Assembly: GCF_964355755.1 (NCBI RefSeq) | Contig: NC_092676.1 | Coordinates: 7,293,888-7,357,887 of the forward strand | DNA from: Antedon mediterranea | Taxonomy: Eukaryota; Animalia; Echinodermata | DNA length: 64,000 bases | Direction: 5' to 3' | In this document: piece by piece, positions 15,169-29,200 of the stretch | Layout of the letters: every line of letters begins with the position of its first letter | How positions within the stretch are numbered: position 1 is the stretch's first letter | The notes under the pieces: generated by a model | Databases searched by the model: none | What the model was told of the DNA's origin: nothing | The model's input: the letters and a program-made list of their open reading frames with translations, nothing else | Program-made: the position numbers and the translations under genes

Positions 15169-18100
15169 TCAACATTTCCATAATGGTTTAGGCTTTTCTT
15201 TCGATTTTTCAAAAGTGTTTGGACAGGAACGAGGCCGTTTGGAAAGCATCCACTTGTGCGGCGAATAAGGAATTGGCGACATGATTGACGACGATTGTGG
15301 AGCAATCCGATTACAAAAAGTCCGAACAGTCTTCTTTGACGGCTGACAACTCTTCGAATATTTCTTTGCAGATGGTATAGTTACAGAAATATTTATCTTC
15401 TTTAACTTAGCGCGTTTTGGCGAAAGCTTATCTTTAGACACTAGGTTATTCACAACAGCGATGTTCCAAAGGTTTTGTTTGTATTTCGCAACATCTTGAA
15501 GGAATGTCGGTAGCTTGATGCAATTCATGCGGGCTAGTCTCCGTATGCGAGGCAATTCCTCAACGGCGATTCGTCCACTGTATAGCAGTACGAAATCTGT
15601 TTCATCAATGTTTCGTAAAAGTTGCACAGCACCTAAAAAAAGAATTTACAATTGTAAAAAAAAAACTACACATATTATTAATAGGCTTACAGATCAGTTA
15701 ATTATACCAAGACAATCTAACAGGACACTAAGCTTCCCTTGCCAAGATAGGAACTTGTAACAGTCCTTTGATCTTATGTCTGGCTGCAACAAATACCAAC
15801 AGTACTGTACTATGTACATATCCTCCATGGCGTGTCTGTTAAAGGTTGTAGATCTAATCGTGTCACAGCCACAGATAAACCCTTTGATCTCCAGACACCA
15901 ACAGTACTATGTACATTATTCTCCGCAGCGAGTGGAACGGAGCGTGTTGCAGCCACATATAAGCCTTTGATATCCGGAGATCAGCAACCTGTTGTTAGAT
16001 TGCCTTGATCTGTACAGAGAGGAAAGTTATAGAGTGGAATCTCTATTAATAAAAGGACCCAACAAAGATAGGTGTCCCCTGAATAGATGTTGACCATAGT
16101 GTTTCCCCTTGTTCATTTTATAGGAAAGTGTTTTAATATACAGTAGGTGTCCCCTGAATAGGAGTTTCCAAAGGATTTGTTCCACTGTACAATGGGACAA
16201 TTACATGCATGACCTATTGTGCAATAAAAGAGATTTCTGTTTAATCTGTGCATACCTCATCTCAATCTATGTAAGCTTATTTAAAAGGTTTATACTTGTG
16301 TAGTCCTCCTCTTACCTGTAAAATAGCATTGATCTTTTCCGTAGCCACCAACATCATTGACATCATCAAGTACTCTTTTCACTCTCATCACCAGTTTCCA
16401 GCGATAGTTAGAATCTCTTACATACGTCCCTAGATGATCATACAGCTGTTGAAATGACATCTCTAAAGATTTGCATGCAGTGTCTGAAAAAAAAGAAATA
16501 AATATACTTATGAACTTCAGTAACTGGACATGTACAGATAATATAATTTAAAACCTTGAAAAGAAGCCCATGGGCCTCTTTTTTAGTACTTCTTTTTTTT
16601 CATAATAGGCTTTTTCTTCTTTTCAAAATGAATGCTGTACATCTTGTGAATTGCTTCTAGGATTTTTGACACATTACCTACCAATTTTACATATTTGTGA
16701 TCAACATACCATTTTAAACTGTAAAATAAATGTATGATATACTGCAAACTCGATCATACATTATATCATCTGCATCACAATCTGACATTAAATCACCATG
16801 TTCCTTTGATATTCAAATAGTCTATTTCGAAAAGAAGCTCAGTGGCTTGATTTTGAGATGGGTTTCTTATTGATGTTTTATGGTAATTAATATTGGTGCA
16901 AGGTTCTGAACATCATCACAAGTTATCTAGTATTAAATCACCTTGTTCCATTGATATTCAAATAGTTTATCTCGAAAAGAAGCCATAGTATATTGAAAAG
17001 AAGCCCAGCATGCTTGATTTCAAGATGGCCTTCTTTTCGAGATGGGGTTCTCTTGAAGGTATTGGTGCAAGGTTCTGGACAGCAATTTTAGCTCTAAAAT
17101 GATCATATTTGATTACTTACAATACAACAAAGCTGGTTTCCAGAGTAGTTGATGTTTAGCTTTCAGCAAGGTGTTGATAGTTGCTAGCCCTTCCTCTGTT
17201 TCAAGAAGTTTCTTTGATCTTAAACGGCCAATGCCAAATTGCTGTCGCTGAGAAAACCAAGGCTGTAGGCCATCATTGTACATACGAAGCTTTGGAAAAC
17301 CAGTTAAGGAGACATAACATAACATTTATGCAACACCATTAACTAAATAACTAATAGTGCCTGGTTAATGATTGACAAAAATGCACTTTTGTTTCTATAA
17401 TCTTAACACATTTCGCAGTGGAATAACGCAGAGGCACTCCAAGTTCCAACGTTGGAGGCCTCAGGTGTTTTTAGCCTTTTTTATCATATTTGAATGCCTG
17501 TTTTTTCCTCTGGACACTGCTCAGGGGCCACCATAAGCTCTGGGGCCCCTGGGTTTAGCCAGTGAGCACTCATAGCCAATACGCCATTGACATTTGACAT
17601 GATCAATCAAATTGTTTTTTTTTTAATATGCAGTATAAATTATAAACAAAACATTATGACACATGTCTGTTCAATGCAAATGAGACATTTATCATTCTCT
17701 GTGATAAAAAACATTTAAAAATAATTTGGATACATAGTGCGTTCCGATTTCATGATCCGCCAGGCAGACGATTCCATGCTCACGTAAAAACATGTTTTCT
17801 TTTGAATTCTGCAGTAACAGGTTGAAAGTCCTTGCTTCGGGTCGGTTAGCTTGGATACACGGGCCATGCCAACACATCTTGCCACTGAAAAGAAAAACAA
17901 ATTTAACATTCTAGTTGTAGTTGTCCCATGACCTAGATGATCGTAGGGGCTTAGCAGATGAGATACAGTAGTAGTACTCATCATGATACAATACACATTA
18001 ATTTGTTTAACCCTATTGCAATGACAAGCTGAGAGAGTAATAAATAACTAGTACTGGTTAGGTAAAACATTTCTGCTACAGATAAAAGAATATTACACAA

Positions 18101-19071
18101 TTACACAGTTCGGACACCTACAGTACAGGCCCTAAAAAAAGTGTCCCTTTAGTAGTGTTAAAAAAAAAATAATATTCATTAATTTCACAGGAAAGTGTTA
18201 CTTTAATAGGGTGTCCTCTAATAGGGTGTCCCCTAATAGGAATGTCCCAAAGGAGGACTGTATTGGCAATAAGGAGCGGTCTGATAAATTACCGCATCAA
18301 ACCAAATCAAAACCCAATGAACCACAGTGAACACATGGCTTTCAGTTTCTCACCATTTTCCTAGAGGAATGTTTTCTCATGTGCACTTTAAAGAACCTAG
18401 TACATCTTTCAAGAGGAGTAGGGGATTACACCAGTGTACCAGCCACTGATCATACCTGGGCCCTCTGGGTCAATTCAATTCAACCATGTGCGACTATACT
18501 CAAATGAGGTTTTGCACTGTATTGGATGATGATGAAGCATGACCCGTCATTTGGTTACTTCGTCAGACCTGTTTCATTTGGGGTTCATCATTGGAATGGG
18601 ATTCAGTGTCGTTCATTCAGTTTCCAAAAGGAGTATTTAAAATCTATTATACCTGCAAAGCAAGTCTTTACTCCAACATATTTTCACTTGGTTATTGCAG
18701 TTGTTTTCATACAGGTATCCCTTCACTTTATCAGTTGCCTCATCTACCGTTATTTTATCACCGAATGTTTTATTAAGGAACACATCACCACTTCCAAACA
18801 TACTGCACACTTTTTCTAAAACTGCTACCGCCTCGGGGAGAAGGTCAAACTTTATGTCTATGTGTCGCGCCTTCTGATTGTGCGACGCACAAATCTGGAA
18901 CTGCGGAATCTGGCCACGTTCAAGGAAATTGTCACGTAGTTCAAGATGATTGATGGGGTCTAGTTTAGACTTGAACCGATTTGGTGTTTCGTCAAAAGAC
19001 TGAATAACAATTGAATTCGTCCGGCGAGGTGCTGAAGATGCTTTTCTCGACTTTTCCTTTTTCTTTCTCAT
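15169..19071 (-). CDS. MATCAP/KIAA0895-family tubulin tyrosine carboxypeptidase-like metalloprotease (exons 19071-18653, 17884-17734, 17289-17121, 16483-16316, 15632-15169)
   Basis: HEIGTHY (HExxxH) zinc motif, TEEGLATIN, LLWKPALLYY, RWKLVMRVKR, KDQCYFTG and LYSGRIAVE. Confidence 0.85.
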
Positions 19072-20248
19072 CTTGAAAAAAATAACTTCCCACCTTATGG
19101 CTAAGAGTCGGCCTACTACAACCTCAGAGCCTAAAAAGTAAAATATTTTTGAAGGTTACAAATGAGGAAAAAATAAAATTGCATGAAATAAAAAAAGTTT
19201 GTTATAAATTTCAATATTTTATGAAATACACATTCCTGTCTATAAAATATGTTTACAAATGACTTGGCCTAGCTAGCTAGGCGCGTAGGCCTATAAACAT
19301 TGTATGTTAATTCTATACTGGGCTCCTATACTGAAGAGAATACTAGCCTAGGCCTAGAGTCTCAACCGAGCACTGCACAACCAACCAAGCCTAGGCCTAG
19401 GCTAGGTAGGCCTAGGCCTCCTCTAGCTAATAAAGTAATATTAATAAATACTTGTCTTTAGGTCAAGGTAGGCCTATCAAATATCATATTATTGTATGGT
19501 ATCAACAAAATAAATTAATGTATACCTAATGTACAGCGGTAAACTGCTCTTATTTAAACTGTTTACATTACTGCATTGAGGGAGTAGGCCTAGGCATCAT
19601 ATCAGGACAGAAAAATACTGTTGTTGTTACACCGCCAACACACATGAATCATGATGATAGGAAAAACCCCAACCGAGCGAGTCGCGTTGCTAGGCAATAT
19701 ACTTTTAAAGATTTTAATGCGCATGCGTCATGAACAAAATTACAACTTTTTACTTCCGTGTTTTTTATATCGAGTATCCTTCAGTTTTGATTGGTCAACC
19801 TTAGTTAATATAATATGCCTAGATAAATTCACAAATAACGCTGGATTTGGGCGCAATAATAAACATATCAGATATTGGTTATATATAAACAGTTTAAGAC
19901 CTATATACATTTCTTCAAAATATTCATACAATAATTGGCACAAAAAAACAGTAATGATATACTGTGTTTTTAAAACTGTATTTTATTATCATGATTTTAA
20001 CAATGGCAAAAACTCATAACAGAGTAAAACAAAGTTTGTTATGGCCACCAGTAGCCATATAGTATAACAATTTATTAGTAGATTAATACCAAAAAATTGA
20101 ACCAATAAACAGGGAAACACAAAGTTATATAAATATTTCATACTTTATTTTTTAGGTTAAAATTGTAATGTTTTAAAACAGTCCTCCATTTTATCATCAA
20201 CTAGAAAACACTAATTTAAAATAAGTTTTATTATGACTTTTTAAAGTG

Positions 20249-23200
20249 TTAAAAGTCTGCAGTTTGTTTCACAACATTTTCTGTAGGTCTTTGAAACTGT
20301 TCTTCTTTTCTCCTCACTGGTAATAATCCAAGACCAAGCTAAAGAAAGAAAACACACATATGAACATATAATAATAATCCAAATTAATCAAAATACATAC
20401 ATATGTATGTTATTTAATTGTCACTTTAATATTATTCTTGAAGCTGTTGATAAATTCCATGCAACTAGAATTCATTCAAATTTAATTTTTCTTATTTCAG
20501 TAATTCATATCCATAGAAATACTACAGTATATACAGCAATAACTTAAAAAAAAACTTTAAAATTCAGTAGGCAAGGGCAATATTTGACTGAAATAACTGT
20601 AAATATTGACTTCGTATATTATCTTTTACCTTCTTTCTAGCTTTGTGCGATTTTCCAATAGCCAGTCTGAAAAAAATATAATATAATAATAAGAGAAATT
20701 TATATAGCAACAATTCAAAAATGTATAAAGGCACTGTATATATATAAATATATATATATAAATCCAAAGGCAAATTACTAAAAATAATGACAATGCTGTG
20801 GGTATCAGTGGCTGGATCTCAATGGAGAAAATCAAAAAAGCAAAGTAGGAGATGCAGAATTTTGAAGTTATCAAAAGTACCCTTCAGGATTACAGCAAAT
20901 TTAGATCAAAATTGATACAAACAGTAGTATACAAACCAGTGTTTAATACTAATATGATTTTAGGCAAAGCTCTACTGAATACTATGCCCAGACCAATGTT
21001 GTTTGTACATGAAATAGGCATTCAAACTTTAAGTGTTATTTGGCTTACTTTGGTAGTCCTTTGTTCAAGCCTTCTAGTAACACACATGCTTTGCATATAG
21101 TGTGACTGGAGATATAGCCACACTGGTTACAAGTTCCCTGTGTCGGCATTTTAACATCTTTCTTTATCGATAAGCTCTCACCAGAATGAATTATATCTGA
21201 AATTCAATATAGAGAAAATCAAATGGTCAAAATTAAACATTCTTTATATATTTATATTTTGGATAATCTCCAAACCTTTTGAAATTTGTTTTCTTTATGT
21301 CTTTTCACTTATTTTTCCAACTCGCATAGGTCATTTAATTAATTATTATGTATATTTCTCACTGTATTATACTATTAATAATTCTTCAATAGCAGGCTCT
21401 CAATGAAAATGTTATATAGAGAAAAACAAAATTGTTTATATAACATAATGCTCAGTGAATTTTTTCATTTTGCCCTAAAGCTTTCAAACTATGGATTGAA
21501 ATGAATGCATTTATACATATTGTTTTTGAGTGTGCATATAGTAATAGATTACATAATTGTTAACATTTATTCAACTTTTTTGTAGTACAGTATTACTACT
21601 ATCTCACCTATAATTGTACTCGGCCGGATTTTCTCCAAATCTTTTAGGAATGTACGAGCATGACCTCGGTACGCATTTGGAGAATAAATGCATTCAGTTG
21701 AAAAGTAATCTAGCTTCTTAAAATATGCGTACCTGTTTAAAGAAATTAAATATTTAAAATAAATAAAACAATGATCAACTTTTAGTGAATGTTATGTTGT
21801 ATATTGTATTGTAAATTTAAACAGAATAAAAACTTCACTTACATTACAATTTCTTTCTCATAAGTATATTTAAAAGGTTTACATCTTGGTAGAAATCCTT
21901 CATTACCCTGTTGATAAAAAATGAGTTTTGTTTTGTTGGTTTTATTTGATTTCCACAAATAATGCATAATACATTTCTTTATAAATAATTAGTTAAGTAT
22001 AAATGTGGAGTTCAAGAAAAGGAATATTGGCATACAAATGAATAACATGTCACAGAACCATAACAGAGTGTCTACTGCCCTCTATTTATGATATACATTA
22101 TTTAATAATTCTATACATCAGTTAATTTATTTATTTATTTAGGTTTAAAAACACATACAAAACAGCAGCCATTGGCTGATAACGTTTGTTTACAATCAAT
22201 ATACATTATAATTAAAAGTAAAAGAGGCACAATTACAAACAGTATAGAAAAATAACTATATATTATAAAACTCAAAATACAATATTATTCGGTAAAATTG
22301 GTACTCACCGTCATTATTGCAGTACACCTCCTTAATCTGGCAACATCTCCTCTTAAAACTGGCAAACAAAAAAAGCAATTCACTTTTTAAAAATAATTTT
22401 TATTTATAAATATTATTTGTTTAAAGATGTAGTGTTCCCCCAAAAACATGAAAAATGAAGATTCATTTTAAAAGACGTTGAATAGGCCATTTCGCAGTTT
22501 GAATAATGTTAATCACTCCCGTAGAAAAAAACAAATTGTGTTTTCACTTATAAAAAGACAAAATAAATGGTTAAATTCAACCAAAATCCCATTGGCTTCC
22601 AGTCAATATGACTATTTTCTGGTAAATAATTTTTTCTTAATCCGATTTTTGGTCAAAGTTTAAACTACATTATGTGAGATTAAAATGGCATATTCAACAA
22701 AAAATGTTAAGAATTATTTTTTAGGGGGACGTCTTTAAAGGTATCTCTTATATTTCCCAACTATCGCTATATCTATCGTTCTTGTCACACATTGTGTTAT
22801 GCATAATAATAATAATACTTACTATTCATTAAAACTGTTTCTGCAATATCGTCTGCATTGTGACCTAAAAATAAGTACAACTCAAAATCATTATCAAGAG
22901 TTAAAAACTGAAAACAAACTGTAAACTACTGCATAGTGTTTAATGGACTCTGGTCACAAACTAAATTTTAAATAACTATTTAATAAATTACTATTAATAT
23001 TTGTATTGAGCACCTCCACATGACATGGTTTACCTTTTACAATGCATAGTATGAATACATATATCTGTCAAATAATTTGTTAAAATTACCCGTCACAATT
23101 TTGTCAGCGTTTACTAGCACTGCACCCCGATCAAGGGCTTGTCGTCTAAATACACCACAGAATGTGCCTGCAATGATAGCAAATAATGGTAAACTGCTAA

Positions 23201-26200
23201 GCTAAAAATAAACTTGGTTAAGTTTCTTTTGAGGTAAATTGGCTACAGGTACAATAGCATTAAAAAAGTATCTCTAATATTGTGTCAGTGTTGACTATGA
23301 TTTTAATAAACGAAATCCATTGATTCCACTCAACCATGCCATAGAAAATCCAATATTATATCCAGGTACAGTATTAAACAATTATATAATAATACTAATA
23401 ATGAATATAAGGCTGGAAATAGATCTATGATTCTACTTACAATTGTTCTTCAATCCAATTTTTTCAACTATTTTATCCATTGTCCATCCATACAATTCCT
23501 ACAAATAAAACCAACACAAATTCTATATTAAAACAAGAACAATAATTAAAACTGATACTGCATTGAAATATTTTATTTATTGATTTGAAATATTTTATTT
23601 ATACTGGGTAGCCTCTTCAGTCGAAGACTGGTCTCACAGAAAGCCAAGTTATGATCAGTGGTTGTGATTTACACCGGGGTAACCCCCTACTCGTCTCGTC
23701 TCTACTAGTCCTTTTCCGATAAGACTCGTTCTACCACCAGAATCATGGAGCGAGTGAGCCTCGAACCCTTGCTGATGTTATGGCTACGTAATTATGGTCT
23801 CACTGTCTTAAGCGCTCGGCCAATCACTGCATTAATATTAATAAAACATAATTGACTCATCAATCTAACAATTGGTTTTTTAATCCTGGAATTGGTGTAC
23901 TGAATAATAACACACCTCGTAAGACACAATTTTCAATGGTAGATCATACTGTTGTTGATTGCGTTTCACTGTCTGAAATGAGAAAAGAATAACATAAACA
24001 TGATTCTGAAACAATAGGATGATATAAGATTTAGAATAAGGTGTCAGCTAAATGTATGTAACTAGGGCCCCTGCCTTTACTGCTCAGCCATTTGACTCGC
24101 ATCACTTTGTATTCACAGCTGTCACCTTCTATCGAGTAGAAACTTATGAGCGAACCCACTCACCTCAAGAGAATCATCCCGGTAACCACTAATACCTTCG
24201 TCAACCGACAACAAGAATAGATTTAGACCATAGTCATAGCGTTCATTTAACACCTTCATTACATGTGCTAACACAGTGGAATCTAAAACAAAAATCATTT
24301 CATTATCAGATCTATTTATGTTGCCTTTTTACTTTTATCTGTATTTATCAAACGATAGAGTGAACTTGAAGTCAGAGAGTTGTAACTTGTCCCTGACTGA
24401 ATAATGCTCAAATTGTGCATGGAAGTCTTAATAAATTAAACAGGTCACAAAACTATTTTTTATTTTTGTTAGCGGATACTAGTAGAGAATTATCCCATCC
24501 TTATATAATAATGATACAGTACTCAATTAAAAATAATCTACAAGTAAAATAAAAATACCTTTTCCTCCAGATGCACCGATTGCGACAGTTTCTCCACGCT
24601 TGAATAACTCTGCATCAATTATCGTCTGGTGGATTTCGGTTTCAAATGCATGATAGAAGCAGTCTTTACAGAGGGCATCCCCCTAAAATAGTAATATGAA
24701 TAGTTGAACAAGATTGTGTACAACTAGATCATGTAAAAGCTGATCTTACACAATGGTATCTTGCAGTAAAGCGATTCAAACAATTCTAAACCCTATTCTT
24801 AAGCCCTGTCTACACTATCAAACAAAATGTGATGTATCCATATATATAGACATGTTGATGTCATACAGTATCACTATCAGATTTGGGCATATCACTACCA
24901 CATTTGGGCATATCACTACCACATTTGGGCATATCACTACCACATTTGGGCATATCACTACCACATTTGGGCATATCACTACCACATTTGGGCATATCAC
25001 TACCACATTTGGGCACATCACTACCACATTTGGGCATATCACTACCACATTTGGGCATATCACTACCACATTTGGGCATATCACTACCACATTTGGGCAT
25101 ATCACTACCACATTTGGGCATATCACTACCACATTTGGGAATATCACTACCACATTTGGGCATATCACTACCACATTTGGGCATATCACTACCACATTTG
25201 GGAATATCACTACCACATTTGGGCACATCACACTACATTTTTTGTCAAACTAGTTGGATAGTATAGACAGAGCTTTACACTAGTAGTAGCTAAAGTTATG
25301 TTGGATTATTTTGACAATGTAAAGACTCAGTAGTTGAAGATTTGAATTTGAAGATTTATTTATATTTGTTATATTTGATGTAGGGCATTCTGGTCATTGT
25401 TTTGAAAGGGCTCCTTATAACTCCTATAATCATAGTAGCTAATTTTGGTTTTCAGTAAGTACTATATAAAAGTACTATACGTATATATAAAAGGATAGTT
25501 TTAGTTTGGAAATGTGGAACCAATTAGTTTTATCTAGAACCACTTCAACCATCCTTCTTTTTCAATACGAAGAAATTTTATAAATATGCATTTAATTTTA
25601 ACCCTAGAAAGTATGTTTTCTCATGGAGTAGTTTTCTACTACAGAGGAAAACTTGTCCAACAAGATGACTCACATAAACAACATATTTTAAAATTACAAT
25701 TACTACTTGAACACTTTTAATGTTTAGAGTTAATACCAATGATAGTTTAAGTGGACCAAGTATTCTATATCAAGGGTCATCACATGTTGTAATTCTGTTT
25801 AATTAAACAGATGTTTTGAGGAAACTCCATCCACTTGATTTCATACAATGATAGTGAAGTTTTATATCAAAATTATAGTGTTTGTTTTTATAGTGCCTGA
25901 GATTCTTCTCCCTAAATAGTCACATCATGTCAGTGATGCCAACAATGGTGCCATACATCTGTCCACGACAGAGGATGTGTGAGCTAGTACACCGGGGTAA
26001 CCCCATACTCATCTCGAGAGACGGATTTCAAGAAGCGAACGTTTTTAAAAGTACACAAAAGCATTATTGTATACAATACTGGACCTATGGTTTAAATTAT
26101 AGTCCTTATCCGAGAAGACTTGTTCTACCACCAGAAACGGTTTAGTGGAAAAAAGACTCTAATTATGCAATAAAATTTTTTTTTCACTCCCCACAAATGC

Positions 26201-29200
26201 TAAATACATATCTCCTATACCAAACAAGTGACCTAATGATCTAATTCTGAATATAAAACTAAGACACAAGATCGGAAAAATTTAAGAAAAAATCCTAATA
26301 AAAGTATGATACTCCGATTTAACCATTTTCAGCACCAGCTCTTAAATCTCTTTGACCATATTCATTTTGTATTCAACAATTCTGCACAGTATACAACTAG
26401 CAGATGTGTTGCCAGAATCTAAATTACTGGTTTCAATGATCAGATATTTAATACAATTAGCTAAACAATAGGTTGCTCAATGCAAGACAACTAAAGAAGA
26501 CCAAACAATTAAGTACTCATTTTACACACTGTTGTTATTCCAATTACAGTTCAATGCTCCATTAGTATTGAAGGTATAATTATGTTGCTCAAAATTTGTA
26601 TACTATTGTTAAAGATGTATTGTCCCTCTGAAAAATAATATTTTTTTTAAATGTAATATGCCATTTAATGTCAAATAGTTATCCACTTTTACCAAAAATG
26701 AGATCTACCAAAATTTATTTACCTGCAAAAAAACTGTAATTTAAAGCAAAAAATAGTCAATGGATTTTTGGTTGAATTTAAAGCCCCATTCCCTACGTTT
26801 TTTAGATCTAATTTAAGATCACAAACTATATTTAATGTAAAAATAATACTATATGGTCCTATTGCGATAACTTTTTTCGTCTTTAAACGGTTAAAAATGT
26901 GAAAAATAAATCGATTCTAATAATTATAGCGGCCCGCTATAAATCCCAAAATGCATTGCGCGCGGATTGATATTTTTGTTTTTCACCTGTAATTCGCCCA
27001 CTTTTCGATCGATTGTGAAGCCAAAACAAATGGAAGACTCCTAACTTTTCAGCGAAAATACCGGGTTTTCCCCAATTTGTATCAACGGAGTCTGGCAAAA
27101 ATAGAAAGACAATTAATGCAGCAAATATACAACGTCAGGCTAGGTATATAGCTAGCGTACGATGTTCGTACGTTATCGATGTTTACCAGCTAGGCCTACA
27201 AAACTAAGCCTAGCTAGGCTAGGCCTAAGACCGTCCACGAGAGGTCGATCGTCGCGAGCTACTTAGGTAGTGCATTGTTTCTCACTTTTTATCATAATTT
27301 ACCATAAAACGTACATTTAAGACAAGGAATGACATGGTTTAATGTTTTTAAAGTGATATATATGTATTATTTTCCAAAAAACGTCCAAAATTGCAGGGAA
27401 GGGGTCTTTAACCATTTTATTATGTTATTTTATTAGTGATTTACAGAAGTGAATAACTTTATTACAACTACAAAATTACCTATTCAAAGTCTGATTTAAT
27501 TAATCTTCATTTTTTATGTTTTTGTGGGACAATGCATCTTTAATGTTACCAACTTCCCTTTACAGTCTATCATAATGCTAGGCTTTGTTATGTTATTATG
27601 CTGGTATGGTAAACAAATTAAGCAAAATAGATATTGACAGAAATATTCCATAACTGCCTGTTATTTGGTATTCATTTCTATAAAAGGATACATTAGATCT
27701 TTTTTTTTATAACTTAAGAAAAGATAAAGAAAAAAAATCGAAGATGCTGTTCTATTTTTTAATTTTTTAAACACTATTTAACATAACATTATTATTTCTA
27801 TTTAACGAAGTACCACTATAGGATTTAGGTTTTACTTTGTATCAAAAACTTTTTACTAAATCATCTGGGTTATGCTGACTGAGGAGAATTGTTCAAAGTA
27901 TTTAAAAATTAACTGTTAACACAGGCTTAACTTGGCCAGTATAAATCTTAATCCACATTACATCTCTTTATTAAATAACTTAATATTGTTTTATTATGGA
28001 AATTACTATGCATTTGTATTGTAACGGCAGCACTTGACAAGCACTCAGAATATACCATAGTTCTCACTATTAAGTATACATAGACTAAATATTAGCTTAG
28101 GATGTCATAATCTAATGATAACAATTAAATTCTAATCTGAACAATATCGTGAAAGGTGGCAAAAAATACAACAGCAGGTACAAATATGATTTCTATTATA
28201 AACTCCTTAATCAAGAATAAATAGAGGTATTATAACACCATACAACATACACAGTACATATGCTATCCTTTATGCTATGCTTAAAACCAACAATTAATTT
28301 CTCATTGCAGTCGCTCAAGCGCGCAAGTGCACACTTTATACTCAGACTAGAATGAGAAATCAATATAAAGGCGATTCAGAATAAGTAGTGTAAACTCAGG
28401 CCAATAGGGAAACTTTTGTTCTACATTTAAATCAAAAGAATTAAGCTTTATTAAATTGGTAGGACACATGCTAGGCTGGTGCCTGAATTGGTAAACACAA
28501 AGCAAGAATTGGTCAAACAGATGTGGGCAAATACTGTACTGTAGGCATTAATGGTTTCTTATTTTGTCTATGTGTAAGTCTCATGTACTGTAGGTCTCTT
28601 GTATCTTACACACACTTGACATCATTTCTGTGCAAGAGAAAGTTATGGTTTTTAAGGCTCTGTCTACACTATCAAACTAGTTTGACCAAAAAAGTGTGAT
28701 GCACTGTGCCTAAATATGCTAGTGGTATGCCCAAATATGGTTGTGATATGACATCATCATGTACATCTTTCGAGACGAGTAGGGGGTTAACCCGGTGTAC
28801 TACTGTAGTATACACACAGCCACTGTCACTCATCAAGAGGGCCCCTTGATTGTCAGCATACGCTGTTTAGGGTCACCCTTTATAAATTACTGTAGGTGTA
28901 ATAAAAATAAAACAAAAATATATGGGCATACAGTAGCACATAAGTTTGATAGTGTAGACAGAGCTTTATGTATTTTATATATTGAAAAACATTGCCGCCC
29001 CTTAATATGAATTCTTTTTTTTTCTTTTTTACTGTTAATAAGTCCGTAGAATTTGTGCTGCTTGATGTTTTGTAATTGTGAACTGGCATTATTAACTTTT
29101 TGTATAGCTGTATATATATTGTAACTACTGTACGACTATATTTTGTAAACATTTTGTATGGGTCGAACCTCTTGTTACGAGACTGTTCCTATGTTTTAAA

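Noticed and set aside
24878-25230. Possible CRISPR-like array
   Set aside because: Units are contiguous with no unique spacers, the context is eukaryotic and there are no cas genes.
24753-25266. Four overlapping ORFs with FGHITTT / MPKCGSD / CPNVVVI / LPHLGIS repeats
   Set aside because: Artefact of a stop-free 21-bp minisatellite inside a MITE in a CTU1 intron; no splice or domain support.
28570-28615. tgtgtaag...cttacaca hairpin as a possible miRNA
   Set aside because: Only an 8-bp stem with poor internal pairing, and no known miRNA recognised.
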